Origin: Gammaproteobacteria bacterium
GTDB lineage: Bacteria > Pseudomonadota > Gammaproteobacteria > GCA-001735895
Direction: 5' to 3'
Length of the DNA stretch: 63,893 nt
Assembly: GCA_024229615.1 (NCBI GenBank)
Contig: JAAESG010000444.1
Location: 1-63,893, forward strand
Part shown: piece by piece, positions 41,047 through 50,817 of the stretch
How the letters are laid out: each line of letters begins with the position of its first letter
Numbering within the stretch: position 1 is the first letter of the stretch
The notes under the pieces: generated by a model
Database searches by the model: none
What the model was told of the DNA's origin: nothing
Seen by the model: only the letters and a program-made list of their open reading frames with translations
Program-made: the position numbers and the translations under genes

Positions 41047-41540
41047 GAAAAATCCTGGTCAGCGCCTGTCTGCTCGGCAATCCGGTTCGTTACGATGGCA
41101 ACTCGAAAGCACTAAACCATCCCCTGCTCGATCAGTGGGTTGAGCAGGGTCGCATCGTCAGCTTCTGCCCCGAAGTAGCCGGTGGACTACCCGTACCCCG
41201 GGCCGCGGCTGAGATTTTAGACGGCGATGGCAACGCCGTTTTTGACCGTGACGCAAGAGTAACGACCCGAAACGGGCAGAATGTTACCGACTACTTCGTT
41301 GCTGGTGCCAGACGGGCACTGGCACTGTGCCAACAACACAATATTTCGCTAGCGGTGTTGACTGAGTCGAGCCCTTCCTGTGGCAGCAAGCAGATATATG
41401 ATGGCAGTTTTACGCGCGCTCCAATGCCCGGTGTAGGTGTGACCACGGCATTGCTACAGAGAAACGGCATTTTAGTGTTCAGTCAACATCAACTGGATGC
41501 CGTAGTCAGGCAGCCGGAATTCGCTGGTCCCGAAAAATAG
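41043..41540 (+). CDS. DUF523 domain-containing protein (TudS-like)
   Basis: I place the start at ATG 41043 (an ATGA overlap with the upstream stop). MRKILVSACLLGNPVRYDG and SFCPEVAGGLPVPR are typical of DUF523. Confidence 0.8.
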   Translation: MRKILVSACLLGNPVRYDGNSKALNHPLLDQWVEQGRIVSFCPEVAGGLPVPRAAAEILDGDGNAVFDRDARVTTRNGQNVTDYFVAGARRALALCQQHNISLAVLTESSPSCGSKQIYDGSFTRAPMPGVGVTTALLQRNGILVFSQHQLDAVVRQPEFAGPEK

Positions 41541-41777
41541 CTGGCATCGGTGGATTGAACCTTATAATGTCTGGTTTTTGTCATTGCGATGCTGCCCTGC
41601 CCTGAGTCGCTTGCTACTTCCCCTTCAGCTGTTCATTGTTAGCCTAAAATTACAGCTTGTAATTTTTCTGATTCGAAGTATAAACAGGCGCTTGACCGAA
41701 GCGTGGTTGTCGAACCCGTTTTCTGACGGCTGACTAGTTCCACAAGAAAGGCTTTGATATAAACCCGGACAGTTCCC

Positions 41778-42347
41778 ATGAAGCAGGGTAATCATTCAGC
41801 AGATTCCATCATCAATTTCATCCTGGAAATATTTGCCCAGCGTGGGGCACAGGAATATATGGGAGAAACGGTCCCCATGTCGCAACACATGGAACAATCT
41901 GCAGCCTGTGCGGTGGCTGATGGCGCGCCTGATAGCCTGGTTGTCTCCGCGCCGTTGCACGACATCGGCCATTTTGTCGGCAAACATCCGATCGAAGCGC
42001 TTGAAAACGGAATCGACAACAACCACCAAACAGTGGGTGCACGCTATCTCGAAGCCTGTTTCCCTGCTTCGATTTGTGAGCCGATTCGCTTACACGTGTC
42101 CGCCAAACGCTATCTTTGCGCCACCAACAACGGGGATTTGGGGCGTCTGTCCGATGCCTCGGTTAGCTCGCTCAATATCCAGGGCGGTCCAATGAACCGG
42201 GCTGAAGTTGTCGCCTTCGAAACTAATCCCTATCACCAGGATGCCGTCCGGTTGCGGCTTTACGATGACGACGGCAAGGCTGCCGGCCTGACGATCAAAC
42301 CGGTAACCGAGTATCACAGGCTGCTCGAATCCTGCGTCTCGATTTAA
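41778..42347 (+). CDS. HD-domain protein, PhnZ-like (mixed-valent diiron oxygenase family)
   Basis: 189 aa. YMGETVPMSQHMEQSA...LHDIGH...H..D spacing resembles phosphonate-degradation HD oxygenases. No 2OG-dioxygenase partner lies nearby. Confidence 0.55.
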   Translation: MKQGNHSADSIINFILEIFAQRGAQEYMGETVPMSQHMEQSAACAVADGAPDSLVVSAPLHDIGHFVGKHPIEALENGIDNNHQTVGARYLEACFPASICEPIRLHVSAKRYLCATNNGDLGRLSDASVSSLNIQGGPMNRAEVVAFETNPYHQDAVRLRLYDDDGKAAGLTIKPVTEYHRLLESCVSI

Positions 42348-42399
42348 TGCGTTTTGACTTCGCTCGCTTTTCACCCAGGCACCGGTCGGAGGCACAGAA

Positions 42400-43098
42400 A
42401 TGAAATACCAGGGCGTACTATTTGACAAGGACGGCACCCTGCTCGACTTCAACCGCACCTGGTTGCCGATTTATCGTTTCGCCGCGTTAGAATTTGCAGA
42501 CGGCGACAGCTGGCTGGCAGACCAACTGCTCGAGCAACATGGTTTTGACTCCGGCAGACATCGATTTCTCGGTGGCAGCTTGCTGGCAGCGGGAAATAAT
42601 CGACAGATAGCCGATGCCTGGGCAGCACAGCTTGATAAGCAGGATCGGGTCGAATCAATCAGTACGCGTCTTCACGACATATTTCACGATTTAGGGGCCA
42701 AACACGCGGTGCCGGTAGACCAGCTGAGCGATACGCTGAGGGAACTGAAGCAATCGGGTCGCAAACTCGGCGTGGCAACCGCCGATAGCCACCAGGGCAT
42801 CATCAATACACTGCAATCCTTCGATGTACTGAACGAATTCGATTTTCTTGCCGGTTACGATAGCGGCCATGGCGTCAAGCCCGAGGCCGGCATGGTGCTC
42901 GCATTTTGTGCCCAAACAACGTTACACCCAGACAACGTGGTCGTTGTGGGTGACAATCGCCACGACATTGAAATGGGTAGAAATGCCAGCGCAGGGCTCT
43001 GCGTAGGAGTATTGACCGGCACCAGCAGTCGCATCGATCTGGAATCCATTGCCGACATCGTGCTCGACGATATCAGTGCATTAGCAGACGTACTCTAG
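42400..43098 (+). CDS. HAD-IA family hydrolase
   Basis: 232 aa with motif I FDKDGTLLD, motif II VATAD, and KP...GDNRHD. Confidence 0.85.
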   Translation: MKYQGVLFDKDGTLLDFNRTWLPIYRFAALEFADGDSWLADQLLEQHGFDSGRHRFLGGSLLAAGNNRQIADAWAAQLDKQDRVESISTRLHDIFHDLGAKHAVPVDQLSDTLRELKQSGRKLGVATADSHQGIINTLQSFDVLNEFDFLAGYDSGHGVKPEAGMVLAFCAQTTLHPDNVVVVGDNRHDIEMGRNASAGLCVGVLTGTSSRIDLESIADIVLDDISALADVL

Positions 43099-43306
43099 CC
43101 CGCGTCTCTCACCACCCTTCTACTGCGACGACGCTAGCCGCACCCTGCCTGCATTGGCTCGGTCAGAGCGCTCGGCATAGTGTCAACTATGCCTGCGCAC
43201 CCTCCGAACATTGGTTGCCGGTAACTGCAAGCAATGTTCGGAGTGGTCGCAAATACAGCCAGGGCACGACCTCTCGCTACGAAAGGTGGTGAGAAATGCG
43301 GGCTAG
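43095..43306. repeat. 212-bp TIR-flanked, highly structured intergenic element (MITE/REP-like)
   Basis: The 22-nt terminal inverted repeats are CTAGCCCGCGTCTCTCACCACC and GGTGGTGAGAAATGCGGGCTAG (20 Watson-Crick pairs, one GU, one mismatch). Internal hairpins lie at 43174-43193 (8 bp) and 43204-43241 (14 bp with one mismatch). There are three copies of a GC(A/G)CC..CC(G/T)(A/G)(A/C)CATTGG-like unit. Confidence 0.75.
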
Positions 43307-44157
43307 CCGACTACCGGTAGTGGCCCGGGTAATCCCCACTCGCACCAGGAACCATCGTAAACCGCGAGATTCTGGTAGCCGATATATTGAGCTGCGAAGG
43401 CGATAATGCAGGCGGTCACGCCCGATCCACAGCTACAGATGGTATGCGTATTATTACCGATCATGGGCGAGAAAATCTCATCGAGCTCGCCTCTGGATTT
43501 CAATAGTCCATGTTTGAACAGATTCGCAAACGGCAAATTCACAGCGCCGGGCATATGCCCTCGACGCAAGCCTGGGCGAGGCTCTTCCGCGACACCACTA
43601 AAACGCGGTCCGGGGCGGGCATCGAGCACACAGATCGAATCGTCTGCAAGCGCAGCTGACACAGCTTGCGCATCAGCGATAAAACTTTCGTCCATTCTTG
43701 CAACGAAGTCTCCCGCCACGTAAACGGGTTCTTCAGAACGACTCTCGATCGGATATTCCGCCTCTTCCCAGGCGACCAGACCACCATCGAGCAAAGCGAC
43801 GTTTTCAAAGCCCATCGCACGTAACATCCACCAGCCTCTGGGGCTCGAGAACATGCCCATACTGTCATAAAAAACAACCACACTGGTTTGCTTTAACCCA
43901 AGCGCCTGCAGCTCGCGCGTAAAGATCTGCTCATCTGGCATCATGTGAGGCAAATCCGAATCAGGCGCACAGATTTTTCCATCAAAATCAAAAAATCTGG
44001 CACCTGGGATGTGTTCTTGCTGCCACTCTTTTAACCCGTCACGACCGGTAGCCGGCATGTGCCAGCTGGCGTCGAAAATGATCAGATCTTCGTGCTCGAG
44101 ATGCTGTCGCAGCCAGCCCACGCTGACCAGTGAATCGGGAAGTTTTAATGCTGTCAT
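43303..44157 (-). CDS. sseA: 3-mercaptopyruvate/thiosulfate sulfurtransferase (tandem rhodanese)
   Basis: 284 aa with two rhodanese domains and active-site loop CGSGVTAC. Confidence 0.88.
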   Translation of the reverse strand: MTALKLPDSLVSVGWLRQHLEHEDLIIFDASWHMPATGRDGLKEWQQEHIPGARFFDFDGKICAPDSDLPHMMPDEQIFTRELQALGLKQTSVVVFYDSMGMFSSPRGWWMLRAMGFENVALLDGGLVAWEEAEYPIESRSEEPVYVAGDFVARMDESFIADAQAVSAALADDSICVLDARPGPRFSGVAEEPRPGLRRGHMPGAVNLPFANLFKHGLLKSRGELDEIFSPMIGNNTHTICSCGSGVTACIIAFAAQYIGYQNLAVYDGSWCEWGLPGPLPVVG

Positions 44158-44246
44158 CGATAGTTCTACCTAGTCTGAGTCGCGCAACATATCCAATTGT
44201 GCCGCGGCTGGCAAGTGACCCCCTGTGTCGCTATAGTGAAACCGCT

Positions 44247-45119
44247 ATGTTCAAACTTTCTCAACGCAATAGTGGCATGGTCTTCGCCCTGATGACCGCC
44301 TGCGGTCTCGGTGGGATTACTACCCAGGCAAAAATTTACTATGCCGATGGTGGCAATGCATTAACCCTGATGCTGGCACGATTTGCAATATCGTCGCTGG
44401 TATTCGGATTGTTTCTACTCATTCGGCGGGAACAGTTCAAGGTAAATCTGAAGCAACGACTGCCGTTGATATCCATCGGTATCGTCTGGTCCGGCGCAAT
44501 GATCTTCTATCTGATGGCGGTCGAAACCATTTCGGTAAGCCTGGCGGTTTTAATTCTATATGTATATCCACTACTGGTTCTTGCCTATTCGATTTTCAAG
44601 CGCCAGTTATCAGCATCACCGGGGCTGATCGCCCTGTTCTGCGCCACCTTCCTCGGTCTTTACCTGGCACTGTCCGGTGGCAGCATAACGGTTGACGTGA
44701 AGGGTATCCTGTTTGCTGCATTGGCAAGTTGTGGTGCCGCCTATACGTTTCTCTGTGGCGCCCGGGTTGCGCCGGTGATGTCTCCACTGCTGATGACCTT
44801 CTGGACCAATGCAGTCGGTTTACTGATGATTATTCCGCTGATGGTGGACAGTCTTGCCTTACCGACTGCGCCCCCAGGACTCATCGCGCTCATCCTGGCA
44901 ACTGCCTTTTACCTGGTCGCGATTCTTAGCCAGTTCGAGGCCCTGGCCCGACTACCGGCGTCGCGAGCCGCCTTCCTGCTAAACCTGGAGCCCGTGATAT
45001 CGATCCTGTTGGCTTACCTCGTTTTAAATGAAACCCTCAGTGTGATCCAGGCCAGCGGCGTCATCCTGGTTATATCAACCATCGTACTGTCCTTGCGTTT
45101 TAAATCTGCTACGGCTTGA
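44247..45119 (+). CDS. DMT (EamA) family transporter
   Basis: About 290 aa with 10 TM segments. I place the start at the internal ATG (MFKLSQRNSG...), because the track's 5' extension overlaps sseA. The start is uncertain. Confidence 0.8.
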   Translation: MFKLSQRNSGMVFALMTACGLGGITTQAKIYYADGGNALTLMLARFAISSLVFGLFLLIRREQFKVNLKQRLPLISIGIVWSGAMIFYLMAVETISVSLAVLILYVYPLLVLAYSIFKRQLSASPGLIALFCATFLGLYLALSGGSITVDVKGILFAALASCGAAYTFLCGARVAPVMSPLLMTFWTNAVGLLMIIPLMVDSLALPTAPPGLIALILATAFYLVAILSQFEALARLPASRAAFLLNLEPVISILLAYLVLNETLSVIQASGVILVISTIVLSLRFKSATA

Positions 45120-45171
45120 TACAGACAGGGGTTTCAGGCATGGTCGTTTCTTTTTCAATGAGACAGCTGCC

Positions 45172-46146
45172 ATGAGCAAAGCCATTCGAATTCATCAGAC
45201 CGGCGGACCCGAAGTATTGACCTGGGAAGATATCAAGGTTGGCGACCCGGGCCCCGGGCAGGTTCGACTACGCCAATCGGCCTGTGGGCTCAACTACATC
45301 GATATCTATGGTCGTAGTGGCATGTACCCGGTAGGTGATTTACCAGCGGTCATCGGAATGGAGGCCGTAGGCGCAGTCGTTGCCGTAGGTGATGGTGTCG
45401 AAGGTTTGAACAATGGAGATCGCGTGGCCTACCCAATGACCCTGGGCGCCTATGCCGAGGAACGCCTGATTGACGCAGATAAACTGGTATCCATCCCGGG
45501 CAGTATCGGAGACGAAACCGCAGCCGCGATGATGCTTAAAGGTCTCACCGCACATTATCTGCTGTTCAGAACTTACCCAGTACAGGCTGGTGACAGCATT
45601 CTGGTTTATGCCGCGGCTGGCGGGGTTGGGCTGATTTTATGTCAATGGGCCAATCTGCTCGGCGTCGAAGTCATCGGTTGTGTCGGTTCCGAGGAAAAAG
45701 CACAACTCGCGAAAGACAACGGCTGTCATCACACTATCCTCTACCGAGATGAGGACATTCCTGGCCGCGTGCGTGAAATCACCCGAGGTAGCGGGGTTGC
45801 GGCGGCCTATGACTCAATCGGCAAAGCCACCTTTGAGGCTTCGCTGGATTGTTTGCGCCCGTTTGGCGTATTGGCGACCTATGGCAACGCGAGCGGTCCG
45901 GTCGACCCCTTCAGCCCTGCAATACTGGCAGGCAAGGGCTCGCTATATGTTACGCGCCCAACGCTGGCGACACATACCTCTACCCGGGAACTGCTCGAGC
46001 AAGGCGCACAACGTTTAATCGATGTCGTCGCTACAGGACAGGTCAAAATCAGTATCAACCAGACACACTCCCTCAGCGACTGCGCAGAAGCGCATCGCCA
46101 GCTTGAAGCGCGTGAAACAACCGGATCAACGGTTCTAAAAATATGA
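45172..46146 (+). CDS. qor: NADPH:quinone oxidoreductase (zeta-crystallin-type MDR)
   Basis: 324 aa of the GroES-like plus Rossmann MDR family, with nucleotide motif AAAGGVG. Confidence 0.88.
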   Translation: MSKAIRIHQTGGPEVLTWEDIKVGDPGPGQVRLRQSACGLNYIDIYGRSGMYPVGDLPAVIGMEAVGAVVAVGDGVEGLNNGDRVAYPMTLGAYAEERLIDADKLVSIPGSIGDETAAAMMLKGLTAHYLLFRTYPVQAGDSILVYAAAGGVGLILCQWANLLGVEVIGCVGSEEKAQLAKDNGCHHTILYRDEDIPGRVREITRGSGVAAAYDSIGKATFEASLDCLRPFGVLATYGNASGPVDPFSPAILAGKGSLYVTRPTLATHTSTRELLEQGAQRLIDVVATGQVKISINQTHSLSDCAEAHRQLEARETTGSTVLKI

Positions 46147-46527
46147 CCAAAAACTGACTTACCAGTACAGTTTTCTTTCAACTCGAGATTTCACACAAGG
46201 GGCCTGGATTTTGCTCGAAACTCGATTCTTTCGGAAACCCAAATCATCACATATTTATTATACTTTATAGCATATTAATCAATAGCTTAAGAGTTAATCT
46301 TCAGCTCACTTCAAAACAGTCAATAATACAGCGTGATGCACTGCACAATTTACTTGTGAACTACTTCACAGTCGGTCATTTTTGCAAAATCTGTTATGCC
46401 TAACTGTTATGCATATATTTCAATAAAACTGAATCTGTTACTGTTGCCTTAGCTACCTATAATTGCCGTCATGAATTAACACCGCTGCGGGATTGATACG
46501 GCCGACAGCCTTTACAGGAGCAACACC

Positions 46528-46773
46528 ATGAGCACATTAAAAGCAAAGCAGTTTCATTTGATCGAAGATCTGGATATCGCCGCGTTAACCCTCGCAATCA
46601 TCGAGCGAGTTGAAAACGTCTCTAAAGCCACCATCAGCATGATTCGGACCTGGGTACGTCGTTCAAACGATCGCCGCATGCTAGCTCAAATGAATGAGCG
46701 CATGCTATCCGACATCGGCCTGACCAGGCACGACATCGACGTGGAAGTAGCCAAACGCTTCTGGCAGAAATAA
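46528..46773 (+). CDS. DUF1127 domain-containing small protein
   Basis: 81 aa. The C-terminal RRSNDRRMLAQMNERMLSDIGLTRHDI is the DUF1127 signature. It has its own terminator. Confidence 0.8.
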   Translation: MSTLKAKQFHLIEDLDIAALTLAIIERVENVSKATISMIRTWVRRSNDRRMLAQMNERMLSDIGLTRHDIDVEVAKRFWQK

Positions 46774-46783
46774 TAACCCTTGC

Positions 46784-46815
46784 AACCGGTGTGAAATTCA
46801 CGATTCACACCGGTT
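46784..46815 (+). terminator. Stem-loop terminator after the DUF1127 gene (possibly bidirectional)
   Basis: 12-bp perfect stem AACCGGTGTGAA / TTCACACCGGTT with an 8-nt loop, followed by the T-rich GTTTCGGTTT. It lies between convergent genes. Confidence 0.7.
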
Positions 46816-46870
46816 GTTTCGGTTTAAAAGGAAAGTCAGGAAGCGCAACAGCATCTTCTCGAAACGATAT

Positions 46871-47635
46871 TTATTGTTTCAAGCGATAACCGGTTTTAAA
46901 CATCCACCACACCAATAGCAGGCATGCCAGCAAAAACAGGCATATCATCGCCAGGCTGACGCCTACGCTAACATCCGCGACCTCGAAAAAACTCCAGCGA
47001 AAACCGCTGATCAGGTACAGCACCGGATTAAACAGGGTGACTGTTTGCCAGGCAGGCGGGAGCATGCTGACCGAATAAAAACTGCCTCCCAGAAACACCA
47101 ATGGCGTAATCACCAGCATTGGAATCAGTTGTAGTTTTTCAAAATTGGTCGCCCACAGCCCGATAATGAAACCGAACAGCGCGAAAGACACGCAGGTCAA
47201 CACCAGGAATAGCAACATTATAAATGGATGAGCGATATTCAGGTCGACAAACAGGTTCGCGGTAATCAATATGATAATTCCCAGAATCATCGACTTGCTG
47301 GCTGCCGCCCCGACATAACCAACCAGAATTTCAAAAAACGATATTGGCGCCGACATGACCTCGTAAATGGTGCCGGTAAACTTGGGGAAAAATATACCGA
47401 AGGATGCGTTAGATATACTTTGTGTCAACAGAGACAGCATCACCAATCCTGGAACGATAAAAACGGCGTAAGGAACACCTTCGATCTGTTCTATCCTCGA
47501 TCCAATAGCCGCGCCGAATACGACGAAATAAAGTGAGGTTGAAATCACCGGTGAGGCAATGGTTTGCAACAGCGTATGCCAGGCGCGCAACATTTCGTAT
47601 TTGTATATGACCCGGATGGCCTGATAGTTAATCAT
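46871..47635 (-). CDS. ABC-2 type transporter permease
   Basis: 254 aa with 6 TM segments; overlaps the upstream ATPase gene by 4 nt. Confidence 0.88.
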   Translation of the reverse strand: MINYQAIRVIYKYEMLRAWHTLLQTIASPVISTSLYFVVFGAAIGSRIEQIEGVPYAVFIVPGLVMLSLLTQSISNASFGIFFPKFTGTIYEVMSAPISFFEILVGYVGAAASKSMILGIIILITANLFVDLNIAHPFIMLLFLVLTCVSFALFGFIIGLWATNFEKLQLIPMLVITPLVFLGGSFYSVSMLPPAWQTVTLFNPVLYLISGFRWSFFEVADVSVGVSLAMICLFLLACLLLVWWMFKTGYRLKQ

Positions 47636-48555
47636 TTCGTGCTCACCAAACTGACAAAAATTTCTTCCAGCGAACTCTGACTGGACTTCAGATCTTTCAA
47701 CGACAATCCAGTCTCGTGCAAAGTCTGCAGCAGGGTCGTGATTCCGGTTCGATCACCCTGGGTGTCGTAGGTATAGATCAAATGATTGCCGTCGGCAGAA
47801 ATTTCCAGATTATAGTCGGCAAGCGCCGCGGGTATTTCTTCTATGGATTGCCGGAGCTCGATCAACAGTTGCTTCTTGCCGAGTTTACGCATCAAATCCA
47901 GCTTGCCTTCAACCAGTAGCAACTGGCCCTGACTAATAATACCGACGCGATCGGCAATCTCCTCGGCTTCTTCAATATAGTGCGTTGTCAAAATGATGGT
48001 CACGCCCGATTCATTCAGGCGCCGCACCATTTTCCACATATCCTGACGTAACTCGACATCGACCCCGGCGGTGGGTTCGTCGAGAAACAGGATACGCGGT
48101 TCGTGCGATAACGCCTTGGCGATCAATACCCGTCGGCGCATGCCCCCGGATAGTTCTCTGAGTTCGCTATCGCGTTTATCCCAAAGCGACAAATCCTTAA
48201 GCAACTGCTCGAGATAGGCGGGATTGGGTGATTTGCCGAACAGTCCCCGGCTGAAGTTCACCGTATTCCAGACGGTATCGAAAGCACCCAGGGTTAGCTC
48301 CTGCGGAACCAGGCCAATCAAATCGCGGGTGACACGGTAATCGGTGATGATATCGTGACCTGCCACACTCACCGCGCCGGTACTGGCCGACACGATTCCG
48401 CAGATAATCGAGATCAGCGTGGTTTTGCCGGCACCGTTGGGTCCGAGCAGAGCTAAAATTTCACCTTCGTGGATTTCGAGGTCAACGGTACTCAGTGCCT
48501 GATGTCCACTGTCGTAAACCTTGGACAGGCCTTTAATACTTACGATGGATTGCAT
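47632..48555 (-). CDS. ABC transporter ATP-binding protein
   Basis: 307 aa; Walker [10 protein letters not shown], signature LSGGMRRR, Walker B LFLDEP. Confidence 0.93.
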   Translation of the reverse strand: MQSIVSIKGLSKVYDSGHQALSTVDLEIHEGEILALLGPNGAGKTTLISIICGIVSASTGAVSVAGHDIITDYRVTRDLIGLVPQELTLGAFDTVWNTVNFSRGLFGKSPNPAYLEQLLKDLSLWDKRDSELRELSGGMRRRVLIAKALSHEPRILFLDEPTAGVDVELRQDMWKMVRRLNESGVTIILTTHYIEEAEEIADRVGIISQGQLLLVEGKLDLMRKLGKKQLLIELRQSIEEIPAALADYNLEISADGNHLIYTYDTQGDRTGITTLLQTLHETGLSLKDLKSSQSSLEEIFVSLVSTK

Positions 48556-48677
48556 CGAGGGATTTTACTATTAGATAACGGGATTGAATATCAGAAAATA
48601 TGGGGCTTGCGGGTTTAGCTTTCAACACCTGTTTGATAAATTTATACTATGTCGTACAGAAAACTGAGGACATGTGC

Positions 48678-49133
48678 ATGACAGTACTCCGCTTACATTC
48701 CGAACCAGTGCAGGAAGGCTGGCTCGACCTCTATGGGCATCTCAATGAAGCCTATTATCTGGTGCCATTCTCTAACACAACCTGGGTCATGCAGGACCAC
48801 TTCGGTATCGGCAGCGAGTATTTTGATCGCAGCGGTTGCGCAATTTACACCGTCGAAGCCCATTTGCGCTATTTGAACGATGTGCGCTTCCCGGCGACGC
48901 TCGAAATCGAAACGCTGATGCTGGGTAGCGATGCGAAAAAAATCTGGTTCGCACACCAGATGCTGGTCGACGGGACGCTCTGTGCCACGGCAGAGTTCAT
49001 GACCCTGCACTACAACACGCGCGAAAACCGCACCATGGAAATGCCAGAAGAAATTCAAGCCGGATTAAAGGCCGCCGAAGCGATGCAGTTACCCGATTGG
49101 GTCGGTCGGCAGATTAGCCTGGTCAGGAAGTAG
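48678..49133 (+). CDS. 4HBT-fold acyl-CoA thioesterase family protein
   Basis: I place the start at the second ATG (MTVLRLHSEP...), which has GAGGA 7 nt upstream. The layout looks like a hot-dog fold (GHLNEAYYLVPF, YTVEAHLRYL). Confidence 0.75.
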   Translation: MTVLRLHSEPVQEGWLDLYGHLNEAYYLVPFSNTTWVMQDHFGIGSEYFDRSGCAIYTVEAHLRYLNDVRFPATLEIETLMLGSDAKKIWFAHQMLVDGTLCATAEFMTLHYNTRENRTMEMPEEIQAGLKAAEAMQLPDWVGRQISLVRK

Positions 49134-49782
49134 CAACATGCAGGGCTACGTTCAGAAAAACACCGAACTCCTGCGCGACATTACAACTGACACGAGCATG
49201 CACTCGGCCCTGTCGATCCCGGAAAGACTGCGCCCTGGTCACCGGAAACACGCCTTCATGCCAGATCCCCGGATGGATATACAATCCCTGACTGCCATCG
49301 CAATATAGCGCCACGATGTTTTCAAGCGCCAGGTCATCGCCCGGCAACGCGGCCGGAACCACGAACGGCTGATGGTCCAGTGGGTAAAACAATTGCCCGC
49401 CATCGGGGTGATAGTTCATATGCCAGAGCAGCACGCGTTCAGGATTCCCCGCGATATCATTCGGACTGGCATGACCCGGGTTATTCGACCATCCCAATAT
49501 ATAATGCCCATCCACTGCATCGTTGCGCCCATGCAACACCTCGCCCTGCCATTCGCTGTGAAACACCCCCTCGATGACTCCACCTTCGTCACCAGTGCCG
49601 AGGTCGACGGGGCGCCAGCCCTGTGCTGGCCATTGCACGATTTCAATTTCAAATTCTTCAGGGTCGGTTACCAGTTGGCCATAACCTTTGACGGTGTCAT
49701 CGCTAGCAACAAGCAGCGGTACGTCATACCAGGGTAATTGTTCGGGTACATCAGGTGACAGATAGTCTATGGCTTGCGACAT
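49123..49782 (-). CDS. Ureidoglycolate lyase family (AllA-like cupin) protein
   Basis: I place the start at the internal ATG (MSQAIDY...), 1 nt after the SDR stop. The pattern NYHPDGGQLFYPL..FVVPAA...GLYIHPGIWHEGVFP parallels the AllA H..Q.F.P...vvv...G..y....WH layout. Confidence 0.6.
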   Translation of the reverse strand: MSQAIDYLSPDVPEQLPWYDVPLLVASDDTVKGYGQLVTDPEEFEIEIVQWPAQGWRPVDLGTGDEGGVIEGVFHSEWQGEVLHGRNDAVDGHYILGWSNNPGHASPNDIAGNPERVLLWHMNYHPDGGQLFYPLDHQPFVVPAALPGDDLALENIVALYCDGSQGLYIHPGIWHEGVFPVTRAQSFRDRQGRVHARVSCNVAQEFGVFLNVALHVATS

Positions 49783-49783
49783 A

Positions 49784-50488
49784 CTAAAAGCTTTCCACCC
49801 AGGGGCGCAGGTCAATTTCGTGTGTCCAGGCGCTACGGTGCTGCTTCAACACAGCCATATAGGTATGCGCGATGGCATCAGGTTCGAGCGCGGCATCGTT
49901 CGCATTGGTAGACGCGTCTTCAATTCCAAGGTCCCGCCCGGGAGAGGCGATCCCGCCATCGATGATGAAATGAGCAACGTGGATATTTTCGGGTCCCAGT
50001 TCTCGTGCGAGACTTTGCGCCAGCCCTCGCAAGGCAAACTTTCCCATCGCAAATGGCGCAAAACTGGGGAAACCCTTGACGCTTGCGGTCGCACCGGTAA
50101 AGAAAATAGCGCCGCCGCCTAGCTGAGTCATGTCGATCGCGGCCTGCTGTGCGACCAGGAAAGCACCGTAAGCGGTTTGCATCAATGAATTCAGCACCAG
50201 TTCGGGATCGAGTTTGGAAATGGGCCCCGCGGTGTAGGCGCTAGCGTTGTAGAGCACGACATCGGCCCTGCCTGCTGCCTGCTGCATTTCAGCAAACAGA
50301 TCGCGTACCGAGTCAACCGAAGTTGCATCGCAAGTGATCGCCTGCGCGTCGATTTGAGCACACAGTGGTTCGAGCTTGCCGATATTTCGCGCCGCCAGCA
50401 CAACCTTGTAGCCATCTGCAGCGAGAGCTCGCGCGAATGAGGCACTATTGCCGCTGCCCGCTCCAACGATTAAAGCAATCTTTGACAT
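49784..50488 (-). CDS. SDR family oxidoreductase
   Basis: 234 aa with the N-terminal dinucleotide motif VGAGSGNSASFARAL and short-chain dehydrogenase length and layout. Confidence 0.85.
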   Translation of the reverse strand: MSKIALIVGAGSGNSASFARALAADGYKVVLAARNIGKLEPLCAQIDAQAITCDATSVDSVRDLFAEMQQAAGRADVVLYNASAYTAGPISKLDPELVLNSLMQTAYGAFLVAQQAAIDMTQLGGGAIFFTGATASVKGFPSFAPFAMGKFALRGLAQSLARELGPENIHVAHFIIDGGIASPGRDLGIEDASTNANDAALEPDAIAHTYMAVLKQHRSAWTHEIDLRPWVESF

Positions 50489-50817
50489 TCTCGCCTCCTT
50501 TTCACTCTCGATTATCGGTGAGATATTAAAACGCCAGGACGGTATTTTGTATAGCGGAATTTATAACAGCGTTTTTCTAACAAGATTGAATGAGATCAAT
50601 AAGCCAAGCACCATTAACCGGGTCGCTGGAGCCAGGTGGTTGCAGATTTCAGTTACCATCGAGGATAAAAACCTGCTACTTACCTCATTTTTCTCTAAAC
50701 TAGATTAATTATATCGGGTAAATATATGTAAAATAATAATAACGTCAACACCACCTATAAGCGGTATTCGGTTTTACTGGAATTCCTCAGCGACTTTCCG
50801 GGGTTATAAAAGTCCAA

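Noticed and set aside
50448-50708. 86-aa plus-strand ORF in the SDR-NUDIX gap
   Set aside because: It begins inside the SDR gene in antisense and has a low-complexity, AT-driven composition. I saw no supporting signal.
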